DNA of 64,000 bases from Nitrospirota bacterium (GTDB lineage: Bacteria; Nitrospirota; UBA9217), in assembly GCA_963751455.1 (NCBI GenBank), contig CAVVUN010000012.1, forward strand, positions 608,001-672,000, written 5' to 3'. Shown here piece after piece: positions 45,436 through 56,399 of the stretch (the first letter of the stretch is position 1; each line of letters starts with the position of its first letter). The notes beneath the pieces are model-generated. The model was not told where the DNA came from and did not search any database. It saw only the letters and a list, made by a program, of their open reading frames with translations. The translations under genes were made by a program, and so were the position numbers.

Positions 45436-46455
45436 TCAGTTTTTGAGCGTGACAAGCTCCAAGCGCTCTCCAGTTTCAGGATTCACTTCGAGAATCAATC
45501 CTATAGCCGGAGCAAAGTATTTGTGTTCGATGACATCGGGCTCAAACGGCGTGAAGTCCTTGGTGACCAGACAATCGCCGTTACACACAGCGGCGGGCGC
45601 CGTGGCGGAACCCGTCAAACTCAGTATTTCACCCACGTCTTCTGCGTTGCCGAGGGAAAATTCCTGGCGATAAACAACCCCGACCACAGGGGCCGCCTTC
45701 ATAATAATGCCGGGCTTGGCCCCATCGACCCCGGCCTTCCACGACCCCTCAAGGCTCACCAGTTCCCCGTCCTCGAACTCTTGCGCGATCTCTCCGAAGT
45801 ACCACACATTCCCGTTAATATCCTGAGCATACCAATCCACGGTGTCCTCTATTACTTCTCCATTATCTTCGACCACGTCATGAACGACTGCGCAGGTCAC
45901 TCCGAGAATCTCCTTGGTTTCCTCCGTTACGGCAACCGTAATCGTTTCAGTTCCGCCCTTGTAGATCCAGGTCCTGCCGCGAACAAGAGGGAAGTACGGA
46001 TTAGGTGCAACCGATTTGCCGATTTCAGCGGGATTGACGAACACCGCTGGGTCGATCTGGGGATCATAGGGGGCTTCCCCGAGAGCGTGGCAGATTGCCA
46101 GGCGTGACTCGAACTGCCCGCCGCACTCCTCCCTGTTCTCCCTTAGCGCGACTTTCGCCTCCTGCTTGCACTGCTCTCGGGCATCAGGCGCCGCGAAATT
46201 ATTACAGTTGCCGATCTCGATCCAAAAATCGTCCTTCACGTCGTGTTGGCACGCTCTGAGCGCAGCGTGTGCTGTTCTTGTGCAAAATCCCGCGTTTTCG
46301 TCTTCTTTGTCGTCGTCATTGCCTTCTGCCAGTGCCGTACCACTGAGAAGACAAAGGACAGCAACAAGCAGCATCGCGAATCGCACAAAAAACCGGGATG
46401 ATCCAGGGAAATGTCCGATTGTCTCTTTATCTGTAAGAAAGTGTCGCGTCTTCAT
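45436..46455 (-). CDS. Secreted hypothetical protein (Cys-rich helical N-part plus beta domain)
   Basis: RBS AGGAGG; signal peptide; NPYFPL..G, DWYAQD..GNVWYFGE, SWKAGVDGA.PG. Confidence 0.75.
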   Translation of the reverse strand: MKTRHFLTDKETIGHFPGSSRFFVRFAMLLVAVLCLLSGTALAEGNDDDKEDENAGFCTRTAHAALRACQHDVKDDFWIEIGNCNNFAAPDAREQCKQEAKVALRENREECGGQFESRLAICHALGEAPYDPQIDPAVFVNPAEIGKSVAPNPYFPLVRGRTWIYKGGTETITVAVTEETKEILGVTCAVVHDVVEDNGEVIEDTVDWYAQDINGNVWYFGEIAQEFEDGELVSLEGSWKAGVDGAKPGIIMKAAPVVGVVYRQEFSLGNAEDVGEILSLTGSATAPAAVCNGDCLVTKDFTPFEPDVIEHKYFAPAIGLILEVNPETGERLELVTLKN

Positions 46456-46685
46456 CTTAGCAACCCTCCTATGGTTACATGTCTGCGCCTCCGGGTCAAC
46501 CTTAGGCGCTTACGCCTATAACATCGACAAAAGATTGTCGATCTTTAAAAAGAATTTAACGCAAAAACAGGATTATATTGCGCTCGCAAAGGAAGGCCAA
46601 ATCGCCGGGTTTAAAACCAGACTTAAAGCTACTTTACGAACCAACATCTTGAGTTTTTAGTCGAGTCAAAACCAAAACCCAATTT

Positions 46686-47166
46686 TCACACAAAGCCACG
46701 AAGCCACAAAGAAGAAAACTGAATTTTTTGTCTTTCGATTTTTTTGTCTTTTTCCGTGTCTTAGTGGCTTCGTGTGAGATCGTTTTAAGGTTTTACTTTT
46801 GCTTTATTGGTCTGAGGCGTAACCTCATAAAAGTTTTCTTTGCGTTCTTTGCGGCTTTGCGAGAGACGCCTTTTACTTTTTGTTGTTATTTCTGTCCCGA
46901 AGGGACCATGTCTGCCGGGCGAAGTCTTGGCAGACACATAGTCAGTTACGATTGAAAATCTTCTCTAAAAGGCAAGAAAATATTTACCGCGATACCCTGC
47001 ACTCGCGCTATAGCACTCGTAAACGCTGGGCACGAGAGACGCGAGGGACGCGAGGAAACCGGAAAACGTTTTTGATATTAAAAATCCAGTATTTGGTTTG
47101 AGCCTTCCTCGCGACCATTGCGCCCTGGCGGTTCAACGGTTTTGGTTCCGGCTTGTCCGGGTTAGG
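46686..47166. repeat. Cluster of REP-like 9-nt periodic palindromes
   Basis: CACACAAAGCCACGAAGCCACAAAG...CTTAGTGGCTTCGTGTG; CTTTGCGTTCTTTGCGGCTTTGCG; ACGCGAGGGACGCGAGG...CCTCGCG; TTTGGTTCCGGCTTGTCCGGGTTAG. Confidence 0.65.
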
Positions 47167-47741
47167 TACTCGTACAGCGCCGCCTTCGAGAGCGCCGGTC
47201 ATGGAGAAGCAGAGAAGAATCAACGACTATTGCGCCACGTGCGTATTATCACTACATTCATTCTGCCAGACAATGAGTTGAACGCGGATGTCTGTTGTTG
47301 TGAGCCTTTAGGCTGTTGGAAGAACAAAAGGCAATTTCCGTGACTTTTTTGATCCTGCAAAAACCTTAACACCCGTTCTGAATGCTGTCAACCTACGGAA
47401 AGAAAAGTAGTAAATTACTACGCAAACGGGGTAACTACTCAGGTCATTTTTTTCTTAGATTTGTCTTAATGCTGTTCTGAAAAGAAGCTGAATAGTTACC
47501 AAACGGGAAGCATTCTTTCAAATCCGATTATCTTTTAGAAATCTGATCGTGGTAAGTGGTAAAAGGAAAGGTTTCCTTAGGCGAGGCGAATATTTGGACT
47601 TCAAAAAAAGCACGGTTTTATTGCCAGATGCCTGTTGCGTTCACCTGTTAATCTTCACTTCAGCTGAAGCGAAATAAATATTAATTACGAGTCGAAACGT
47701 GCACGATTTCCAGAGAATAACTCAATCTTTAAGTCGGCCCC

Positions 47742-49083
47742 CTATGCGTTGTAGGATTCAATCCACTTCTCGATGTCTATTGCTTCCTGTTCCAGCTTTA
47801 GATTCAACTCAAGCATTTTGTCGATAAGCGAATCGAGGATTTTGTGTTCATCTGCTGAGTAAGTTATCCAGCTTTCCACGAATTCGCAATAACCGGATTG
47901 AGTCTGATTTTTCAAGCCGTTTACAGCTACTTTTGTGGCATTCGATTACGTCGGAACTAAGAAGAAATGGATGAATATCAATCCCCGTTGAGTGCCTGAG
48001 GTGCAGAAATATTTCTATTCCGCCGGCGTCGAGATCTCCCCAATGGAAAAAGTTAATCGTCCTGTTTGTTTTTTTTGCAAATTCATTTATTTTTAGCAAA
48101 AATTGCCTTCGCAATCTATTGGAGAATCCTTTAAGAAAAACTACCAGGTAGTTTTCCATTCCTCTTTTTTTCTGACTGATCTGACAAAATTCATAGAAGG
48201 AAGCTTCATTTTCTATCGTAATGATCTTCTCAAACCCCATTTCTTTTATTTCCCATTCCAATGCCGTTTCTGATGAGACGCCGATGAACGGTCGAAAAAT
48301 TCCCATATCTATGCTCTGGTCGTTCTTTTGATCTGCAAGTGTTAATTTGCCGCTAAAGAGAACCTTCTGAGGTGATCTTAATAGCTGATATTCTCTCAGC
48401 ACATCATTGGGATCTTTCAGATCATATTCTTTCAGATCCGGATCGTTTTCTCTAAGAATAGAGGCAATTCTTGGCAATAAATGATCAAGCGCCTTGCTGT
48501 CAGCAAAATTTTTGACGCAAAACTTTCTCCAGGTTTGGGATACGTTATTCTTGGTTATTTTTTCACACGCGGCCAGCAGTAATTTCCCTTCCTCCGGGAG
48601 AGAAGCCGTAATGTAATTGGTTTTCAGTTTCGGGGTGAGAAGGATTTGCTTCTGGCTTTTCAGAAAATCTTGCCACCAGCTTATTTCCGAACTTTCAATA
48701 AAAGAATCGATTATAGATCCGAACTCCTGGCAGATTAAGTGCAGTGGCATGCGGCGTAATTCCGCATAAGCTTCCTGTATCTTATCTCTAATTAATTCGA
48801 GCTTATATATCTCATGATTTCGAGGAGTTCGATGCCATCTAATCCGGCATAATCCTTCATTTTCCAGCATCTCCGCATCATGGTTGATTTGATCTCGCCA
48901 AGCCGGATTCGCCTCATCGTAATACTCTTTGAACCCGGCCTCGGTTATTTCAAAAAGTATCGCTCTTCTCAGTTCGGGCTGCTCATACTGGCTGCTCGCT
49001 TCATATTTATCGAGCATGGCGTTGAGGAGCCTTTTTCTATAGCCTCTTTCGGACATTTCGAAGTCAATACGGCGATTTCCCAT
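47742..49083 (-). pseudogene. jetD: Wadjet JetD (Toprim nuclease) with a frameshift near 47861 that removes the C-terminal EQE segment
   Basis: DSK, ITIENEASF, HWGDLDAGG motifs; the ORF stops at 47848 but the shifted frame continues DEHKILDSLIDKMLELNLKLEQEAIDIEKWIESYNA*. Confidence 0.75.
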
Positions 49084-49099
49084 GTCTCTGTGACATGAC

Positions 49100-52000
49100 C
49101 TAACGCGCCGATATTGTATCCTTTCTGAAATCCGTAACAATAGCTGTTCTTGTCTTATCATCCTTGATGATAAGACTGCAAGAGGTGACATGCGGAACGA
49201 TCATGTCGCATCTCTCCTTGGGGGCGGCAAGAACAAGCTGCATGCCGAGTTCCTGGGAAAACTTCATCATGCCCGCAATTCTTCTTTCATCCATTTTATT
49301 AAAGGCTTCGTCAAACATGATCAAACCGATAGTGCCTTTTTGGGGCTCTTTAAGGCGGCAGATACGGTACATCGATGCGAGCATAGCGATATAATACGCC
49401 GTCTGTGTTTCCCCTCCCGATTTTTCTCCTCCGACCCTGGAAAGACGGGAAACCTGACCGTCTTCGTGGGTTATCTCAACGTCATAATCGAAATATTCCC
49501 GGTAATCGGACCTCTTCTCGATTTCTTCGGTTATTTTTTGGACATTACCCGACACGAGGCTTTGGAATAACTCTTCAAGGGGACCTGACCGATACGCATT
49601 CTTCCATCCCGCCTCGAACAGAGAGTCTCTTTCCACCATAGCGGATTCGGTCACCATCTGGTAAAAATCCTTATAGTCATCTCTTACTCTATGAGTGAAT
49701 TGATATCTGTCGGAACCGATATGAATCTCTTTTAAAGCGCCGTTCAATTCGTCAAATTGACGCTTCACAAGAGAAAGATTCTCCCTCAGTTTATGAACGA
49801 CGTCTTCAGCCAGTTGCTGCAATGCATTGTCCTTCGCTTTCGCAATCTTTTCCTCATATTCCGGGAGAAGGCTCTGCTCCCATCGGGAAAGCTCTTCAAG
49901 ATATTCGGAAATCACATCGCCTGCAACAGTGCCGTTAAATGAAAAGGCATTGTTATAATCAGCTTTTTTGCTGATCAACTGCTCGACCAAATTATTTACT
50001 TTAGTTTCTATTCCGGTTCTTTGTCTCGAAAATACATCGATAATTCTCAGGTTTTCTTTCTCTTTGCGTTCCTCCAGGTATCTTGCTTCCAGTCGTTGCC
50101 TTTCTTCTGCTGTTGCAGAAGCGGTATCTGTCGGCGTTGGGAAGGTCAATTCCAAGCTCTGGATCTTTTGGGCCAGGTCCTCGTTTTTAAGGCGCAGCTG
50201 TATCCTGGTTGTATCGAGTGCTTGGCGAAGTCCACCCTTCTGAGTTAAATTATCTCCCAAACTCTCTTCAATTTTCTGCAAATCATCCTTGAGTAGCTCC
50301 AGCTTCTGTTTTGTTTCTTCAATCTGAGAAAGATCGATATTTTTCAAATCTTCCTCAAGGCTGTCGATATGCTGCGAAGCTTCTTTTATCTGCCTTGGGA
50401 AATCAATTCGCTCTTTGATTATCCGCGTATCTTCCTGTACGTCGCTTAATATCTGCGTGATCTTTTTTACAGCTTCAATACGTTCCGCAAGCCAGATAAC
50501 CGATCCGCGAATTGCCTCAAGGCGGGCTTCCTTCAATCGCAACTGCTGGGTTTTGCCTCTTTCTCCGATATACCAAGTTTCATAAATCTGGAAGGCTGTC
50601 TGCCTGGCGGCATAATTTTGATACACCATGCATGATGCGGTAATGGATTTTTTGTGGAATTTAAGCTCTTTTTCATCCTTACAGCAAATAAGGTCGCCGA
50701 TAAGAAAGTTAATATAGCCTTTGGCCCATTTGTTTTGCGTAGTTACCATTTTGGCGAGTGAATTTTCAGACTGCCTGTCCGCATATGCTTCCACTTCCTT
50801 CGTATTGACCAGGCCGACCCCGGATATATTTGACGACCTCTTCGATCTTTCATAGAGGCTTAGTGCCGCATCAAATCCGTCCGGGTTGACGATCAGATCA
50901 AATCGGCGGGTATTCAAATATCCTTCCACGGCATTCTGCCACTCTTCATCTGCAATTTCTATAATGTCGCAAAGTACCGACACTTGACCGGCGCCCAGTT
51001 CATTCTCGATGAGCTCTTTAAGCCTTGAAACGTCCGGTCTTGCATAAACAGAGCCGCCTCGCTTCATGACTGCAATATCTTTTTGCAGAGCATCCCCTTC
51101 TGTTTTTATATTTTTTAAGGCCTCTTCAGAGCTTCTCTGGATGCCGTAAAGATTGAAGATAAGACTTTTGAGAAAAGCTTCGATTTCCTTATGAGCAGAT
51201 TCAAAAAAATGTATCTGAGTTTCATCGTTACCCTGGGCCGACGCCAGCGCCTTCAACCATGATTCGAGCAACAGTTTATGCTCGTTTGCCATTTTTAAGC
51301 AAAGAACGTCGCTATAACCTGTAAACGCGTCCGGGACCGTATTCTCCGACAGCTTTAATATCCGTTCAAAAACATCCGGGAGGCCACTGCAATGATGACC
51401 AAGCATCCGGATCACATCCTGCCACTTTTGTGAAAGCTCGTCGACCTCATCTTTCAGACGTGATATGTCAGCCTGCACCCGGCTGGCCTGAACATAATTG
51501 GGATTGTCATACAGGATAGACTGATTAATCTCTATCTGGCTTTTTAATCTTTTTTGGTTCTCCTCAAGTGATGCAATGTCTTTCAGACAGCTGTCAAAAA
51601 GCTTTTGCTCGTTTTTTTCCTGGTTCAGCAAAGCGGTTATTTCTTCTCTGCATGCTTGCTCGCCAGCTCTGAGGATAAGGTAGGTAAATACTCTTGCATA
51701 ACCCCTTTCTTTTTCCAACTGCAATGCTGTTTCTTTAATGGGGATCAGAGCAGCAATACGGCTCTTTGCGCCGGCCGCTTTGGCTTCCAACTCTTTGTAA
51801 TGCGCAAGATTTGCCTGCATGCTTTTCGTGTCTACCGGATTTTCATCCAGCAGGTAATTGAATACAAAATCCTTGACCTTGCCGATAGGTTTAAATGCGA
51901 GTCCCTTGACGATCAGACGGTGAAAAGATTCAGGAAGCCTGCCGAGTCTCCCTCGAAGAAAGCTGCGAAACTCCCTGGATTCAGAAAAGGGTTTTGCATC

Positions 52001-52486
52001 TTTTCTGTTTGCAATCTCTTTTTTAAACTCGGACGTGGTAAACGGTCTTGCGCCTTTTGTAAAGGATATATCTGATAATTTCACACGGGGGATGATGAAG
52101 TACAGCTTCTTCACGGGGCGGGAGTCTGCGTAGCTGTCAAGCGCGGCGCCGACAACAAAATACGGCGTATCGGGGTCGTCATTTTTAAACTCCAGGGCGA
52201 CATAACTGCTGCAGTCACCCCTCTCGTATCTTTGTCCGCCTGTATTGTCTTCTGTCCCAAGTTTAAAACGTGTATAGCCTTCCAGGTTTCGTTTTGCAGT
52301 TTCTGTTGCAGCCGTATTGAATTTAACTTCGTTCAGGTCCGCTACCATCACAAACTGCATGGCGTCCAGTACCGTGGATTTGCCGGCGCCATTGTCGCCG
52401 ATAATTAAAAGACTGCCGTCCACCGGGATGGTTTCATCAATGAAATGATACCAGTTTATAAGACGTATAGCCGTAAGCTGTTTCAT
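49100..52486 (-). CDS. jetC: Wadjet JetC SMC-like ATPase
   Basis: L.AIRLINW, GDNGAGKST, long coiled coils, KSGGE, MFDEAF. Confidence 0.9.
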   Translation of the reverse strand: MKQLTAIRLINWYHFIDETIPVDGSLLIIGDNGAGKSTVLDAMQFVMVADLNEVKFNTAATETAKRNLEGYTRFKLGTEDNTGGQRYERGDCSSYVALEFKNDDPDTPYFVVGAALDSYADSRPVKKLYFIIPRVKLSDISFTKGARPFTTSEFKKEIANRKDAKPFSESREFRSFLRGRLGRLPESFHRLIVKGLAFKPIGKVKDFVFNYLLDENPVDTKSMQANLAHYKELEAKAAGAKSRIAALIPIKETALQLEKERGYARVFTYLILRAGEQACREEITALLNQEKNEQKLFDSCLKDIASLEENQKRLKSQIEINQSILYDNPNYVQASRVQADISRLKDEVDELSQKWQDVIRMLGHHCSGLPDVFERILKLSENTVPDAFTGYSDVLCLKMANEHKLLLESWLKALASAQGNDETQIHFFESAHKEIEAFLKSLIFNLYGIQRSSEEALKNIKTEGDALQKDIAVMKRGGSVYARPDVSRLKELIENELGAGQVSVLCDIIEIADEEWQNAVEGYLNTRRFDLIVNPDGFDAALSLYERSKRSSNISGVGLVNTKEVEAYADRQSENSLAKMVTTQNKWAKGYINFLIGDLICCKDEKELKFHKKSITASCMVYQNYAARQTAFQIYETWYIGERGKTQQLRLKEARLEAIRGSVIWLAERIEAVKKITQILSDVQEDTRIIKERIDFPRQIKEASQHIDSLEEDLKNIDLSQIEETKQKLELLKDDLQKIEESLGDNLTQKGGLRQALDTTRIQLRLKNEDLAQKIQSLELTFPTPTDTASATAEERQRLEARYLEERKEKENLRIIDVFSRQRTGIETKVNNLVEQLISKKADYNNAFSFNGTVAGDVISEYLEELSRWEQSLLPEYEEKIAKAKDNALQQLAEDVVHKLRENLSLVKRQFDELNGALKEIHIGSDRYQFTHRVRDDYKDFYQMVTESAMVERDSLFEAGWKNAYRSGPLEELFQSLVSGNVQKITEEIEKRSDYREYFDYDVEITHEDGQVSRLSRVGGEKSGGETQTAYYIAMLASMYRICRLKEPQKGTIGLIMFDEAFNKMDERRIAGMMKFSQELGMQLVLAAPKERCDMIVPHVTSCSLIIKDDKTRTAIVTDFRKDTISAR

Positions 52487-53118
52487 TCCGCGCCCTCCGG
52501 CCCATCCCCGTCTTTTGGTCCCTCATCCATTGCCAGATACTCTCTTATCCTGCTGCTGACGTCCTTGATGTTCTGCCGGTGGACTGCTGCATCTATTGTC
52601 GGCATTATGGTGATCTCGAAATCAGGATCAAAATGAAGTCTCCCATCAGGTAATTGTATGAGACGAAAATGCTCGAACTTTCGGAGCGACGGTCGCAAGA
52701 CCCGCTTTGTCATATAGTCGCCGGCTTTCGAAGTGAGATGGGTGAGGCGCTCCTGCAACTCACCGAGAGTGACGACGACATCGGAAACCTCGGCTATGTC
52801 CTTCATTCTCTCATGATAAATGAGCCGGAGAAGACACAGGAGAACAGATTCAGATTTATTGAATGCCACGCGGCCGCGGCCCTCAGGATGATAAAGGCGG
52901 GCAATACCGCTGGGCCTGTCAACCTGCAGCCTCCAGCCTGCAATTTGCAGATAACCGTCTATCATGTCTTCGTTTTGCTCTATGAAGCGATAGATTTTAT
53001 CAGGATTGAGGGATTCTCCGCGCAGCACGAAGGTCTCTGTCTGCAGTCTTTGCACTGCTTCCGCAAACACTCTTTTTTTCGCTTCTTCCAGTGATTGATA
53101 ATCTTTAATAAAGTCCAT
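52483..53118 (-). CDS. jetB: Wadjet JetB (DUF4194-like)
   Basis: ESVLL.LLRLIY.E motif; coupled to jetA (TAATG overlap) and jetC (ATGA overlap). Confidence 0.8.
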   Translation of the reverse strand: MDFIKDYQSLEEAKKRVFAEAVQRLQTETFVLRGESLNPDKIYRFIEQNEDMIDGYLQIAGWRLQVDRPSGIARLYHPEGRGRVAFNKSESVLLCLLRLIYHERMKDIAEVSDVVVTLGELQERLTHLTSKAGDYMTKRVLRPSLRKFEHFRLIQLPDGRLHFDPDFEITIMPTIDAAVHRQNIKDVSSRIREYLAMDEGPKDGDGPEGAE

Positions 53119-54560
53119 TATCGTTTTCTTATGATCCTTCCCGGCCTGAACCCATAACCATTTTTCCAGACCCATTCATCCCTGCTGAGTTCAACCCTGT
53201 AAGGACTGGAAGAATCGTTACTATAGCTCAGGAGATAAATCATCCTTATAAACTGATGGTCGTCCTCGACAGGAACTTCATCCAGGGATATGCTCAGCCT
53301 GTTGCCGAGAAGTTCAACGGCAAATTGATATATCTTTTTCCTGGTGAATCTTCTGTCCATTTCCTGTTGATGCCTCTTAAGGAGCTCGTCTTTCGTTTGC
53401 ATTGGCATCTTTTTTAGCGACAAGTCGCTCGGTTGGTGAGCTGCGCCTTTTTTGGGGTTGGTATAAAGAGAATCATCGGCAATGGCTTCCATCTCGTAAA
53501 GTTCGAACAATTTCCCTGAGATCGATTCCGCCGTATCTTCCGATATGCCGCGATTCAATAATGCCTCCAGAACCTTCATCAACTGTCCTTCGAGAAGCTT
53601 GTCCTGGTGAAGATGATAATTTATCTTCTGGAGAGTGACGCCCGAGTACCTGGCATTCCTGCGATCGACATCTGAAATTATCCGGTCGACGGAACGGAAT
53701 TGGGCCGTTATGAGTTCACACCATTCTTGGACCTTCTTCCCGGCAGTCTCATTGTCCATCTGATAATTTTCAGCCACCCATGCGCGGGCGGCATCGACGA
53801 GGGCTGAGTCTTTCTGCAGGGCATCTATCCGGTCAACGATAAATTGACGAAACTTATAGATATTATCCGAGGTTTTGAAGCGATGATAATTGCCTTCCAC
53901 AACCTGCTTCTGGTAAATATCCATGTGAAGCCGCAGCAGCTCATCGGCAGCGAGGGCATCCTTGAAAATCCTGTCAACATAGCGATGAATATTTCGATTC
54001 AGTATCTTAAGTTCTCTCACGAGGTCAACGGTATTTTTTTGCGCGGTTTCAAGCGCTACTCCCGGCCTCTCCCGGAAAGACTCCTGTGCGAGGCTGGCTT
54101 TCACCCCATAAGCGAGGCCCTGAAAGCTCACCTGCTCTCTTCTCGCTATTCCGGCAAGCGTATGCATCAGCCTGGCGCTGTAATCGAAAAAGTTCAATAC
54201 GTAGCCGAACTCTTTGCGGTACTCATAATCAAACCATCCGCACAACTGTAATCTTTTTAAAAGCCTTCTTGCGAAAATTCTGGCTTCGCCTTCGGCCTGC
54301 CTTGCCTCATCTTTCTCATAGAGCCCATCAGTCGGTAATTCTTCATCGATATCATGTGAAGTCTTCCATTCATCGTTAGTCTCAAGGATTTGAGATATGT
54401 GGTCAAGAGCGAACTCTTTTGTAATCTCAAAAGGTTCGTCTTCGAAATCGAGATGATAGAGTATATATAAGACTTGCCAGTAGAGATTTGCATGGACACC
54501 GGCGAGAGGACGAAAGAGCTCTTTATGTATTTCTGAAAAAAGATTGGGATTGGGTTGCAT
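53118..54560 (-). CDS. jetA: Wadjet JetA (type III-like)
   Basis: LF..I...LFRPLAG, L.RL..CGW, Y.RFKTSDN.YKFR, SLYT; first gene of the jetABCD order. Confidence 0.8.
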   Translation of the reverse strand: MQPNPNLFSEIHKELFRPLAGVHANLYWQVLYILYHLDFEDEPFEITKEFALDHISQILETNDEWKTSHDIDEELPTDGLYEKDEARQAEGEARIFARRLLKRLQLCGWFDYEYRKEFGYVLNFFDYSARLMHTLAGIARREQVSFQGLAYGVKASLAQESFRERPGVALETAQKNTVDLVRELKILNRNIHRYVDRIFKDALAADELLRLHMDIYQKQVVEGNYHRFKTSDNIYKFRQFIVDRIDALQKDSALVDAARAWVAENYQMDNETAGKKVQEWCELITAQFRSVDRIISDVDRRNARYSGVTLQKINYHLHQDKLLEGQLMKVLEALLNRGISEDTAESISGKLFELYEMEAIADDSLYTNPKKGAAHQPSDLSLKKMPMQTKDELLKRHQQEMDRRFTRKKIYQFAVELLGNRLSISLDEVPVEDDHQFIRMIYLLSYSNDSSSPYRVELSRDEWVWKNGYGFRPGRIIRKR

Positions 54561-54581
54561 AAGTGTTAGGCGAACCTGCTC

Positions 54582-54911
54582 TTAGCCATATACTACTTTA
54601 CCTTCACTTGCATAAAGGCCGACGAGCGAAGAGCCGCTTTCAAACTCCTCCGGCGTCATCGTAATGATATCGAACGGTATCATGAATTTCTTAATCGTCA
54701 GAACTTCCGCATCCATGGTCAGACGCACCCGTTCGAAGATGTCCTTATTTCGAAAATCATCGGATAAGACGACGATATCAATATCACTTTCCTCGGTCGC
54801 TTCTTCCTTCGCCTGCGAGCCGAACAGAATGATCTTGAAAACATGAAGCCCATTTTGCTCCAACTGCTTTTCAAAAAAATCAATGGCATCTAATACAATT
54901 TGTTTAGCCAT
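54582..54911 (-). CDS. Minimal nucleotidyltransferase (MNT antitoxin)
   Basis: ILFGSQA.....ESDIDIVV. Confidence 0.88.
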   Translation of the reverse strand: MAKQIVLDAIDFFEKQLEQNGLHVFKIILFGSQAKEEATEESDIDIVVLSDDFRNKDIFERVRLTMDAEVLTIKKFMIPFDIITMTPEEFESGSSLVGLYASEGKVVYG

Positions 54912-55270
54912 CTCAGCACCTCTCTGCTGCTTTCGAATATTTCCCCGGTCTTCTCCTGCGTGTAATCTTTCATCATCCGCTGAAGATCATCGGGGTAGCG
55001 TGTCGGAATGCTCAGCCGGTTAAGAAAGACAACCGTTTTCTGCAAATCAGCCGGGGGCTGAACTTGTGTTTTCTCGATCAAGTAGAGAAGATTGTGCGTT
55101 CTAGGCGGAATGCTTTCAAGTTTCTTCTGGTAAATGCCCTTCAGGGCCTTTTCAATAGCAAGATGACACATGAACACAGTGTACATGTATCTGCCGCCTT
55201 TATACATGTATTCGGCGGTATCCATGTCATACTCAGCCTGCGTCAGCCATTCCTGCGGGTCTTTCCCCAT
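54890..55270 (-). CDS. HEPN-domain protein (toxin partner)
   Basis: W...AEYD..TA, FMCHLAIEKALK, THNL, TRYP; start MGKDPQ with RBS GGAGG. Confidence 0.88.
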   Translation of the reverse strand: MGKDPQEWLTQAEYDMDTAEYMYKGGRYMYTVFMCHLAIEKALKGIYQKKLESIPPRTHNLLYLIEKTQVQPPADLQKTVVFLNRLSIPTRYPDDLQRMMKDYTQEKTGEIFESSREVLRWLNKLY

Positions 55271-55524
55271 CAGGCCCTCCTTGAATGCCATTTCCAGATT
55301 CAATTATAATGCAATTTCGATAGCGAGCGCAAATCTTATCAGCGACAGGGGTAAGGAGCATTTTGGCGTCGTCGCGATCATTTTCAACTGGTGACAATTT
55401 GTCGCCGACTGCCTGCCTTAGTTATTCACTTGCTCCGCATAAGCAATCCGATAACCCTGAACCTCATAGACGAGCTCGATTAAAGTGTTCTAGTCAGCAT
55501 CCATGAACATATCTGGATGCTTCT

Positions 55525-55890
55525 TCAGCTGCGAGTCGAGTCTTCGAAACCCTTGCAGCCCGTATCTTCAGCATGTTCTCTTGAATGCGGGTAATTCCGG
55601 CAGTGTTTCGGCTTCACATCATGAATAGAACAAATATGCTTATTCTTGCGCGGCAGCTTTCGTAACCAGGGGCATTTCGTCGCTTCTTCGCCGGTCCTTG
55701 GATCGAACCAGAGGTCAGCTGCCAACGTCTCGCCGTCCGCCTGAATAAAAACGACCCATTCCAGGATATCGTAACTGCCCTCATTTTGCCATAAAGTTAT
55801 ATCATCAGGATCGGCACAGGTCACAAAAGCGCCGGACACGTTTAAGCAGCAATTTCCGCATTGTTTGCAGACAAATCCTTCAGGAGGCAT
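55525..55890 (-). CDS. YkgJ-family cysteine-cluster (CxxCxxCC) protein
   Basis: CKQCGNCC...CPWL...CSIH..KP..CR.YP. Confidence 0.85.
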   Translation of the reverse strand: MPPEGFVCKQCGNCCLNVSGAFVTCADPDDITLWQNEGSYDILEWVVFIQADGETLAADLWFDPRTGEEATKCPWLRKLPRKNKHICSIHDVKPKHCRNYPHSREHAEDTGCKGFEDSTRS

Positions 55891-56204
55891 GTCTCAGGAT
55901 TTTCGTTCCTTTCCTTTCCGTTCCGATGGATAGACTTTCGAACTGATCCGTAATGGAATTAAACGATGCCGATCCGTTCCGCCGGCGTCTTCCGCCGCAG
56001 CACGTCCGCCATTGCGTCGTCATAAGCTTGAACACTATTATTCACTGGTGTATAGTATTGCCAAGCCGCAAGGCTGGTGGTCCTTTACCGATGGTTCAGG
56101 ACCGCGGCAGCGCCTCAGTAGCCGTCAAGACAGGGGCTTTTTTATTGATTCTTTCCCCGAGGGGGGACGGGCTGGGTGTAGGGAAAGAAATTCAGATAGG
56201 GTTC

Positions 56205-56399
56205 TTACTTTTGCTTTTCTTCAACAACAATATCTTCCGGTTTAATCAGGATGACCTTGCCGTCACGCCGCGCCGCAACGGGATTCCCGGCTTTTTTGTG
56301 CTGCAAAAGAGCCTGCTGTACGGCCTTTTTTAAAGCCTTATCGATTTCCTTGCCCTCATGGAAAAGTTCATCAATTGTTTTCTTTTCCGCAACGCTCAT
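56205..56399 (-). CDS. Small protein typically paired with zeta-like ATPases
   Basis: AV.QAL..HKKAGNPV...RDGKV..I.PEDI; ATGA overlap with the upstream ATPase. Confidence 0.65.
   Translation of the reverse strand: MSVAEKKTIDELFHEGKEIDKALKKAVQQALLQHKKAGNPVAARRDGKVILIKPEDIVVEEKQK

Noticed and set aside
46686-47166. CRISPR array
   Set aside because: The repeats are short periodic palindromes without constant repeats and unique spacers, and there are no cas genes.
47848-47850. Selenocysteine read-through of the jetD TGA
   Set aside because: The in-frame continuation is short and unconserved; the conserved EQE tail is in a different frame, so this is a frameshift.
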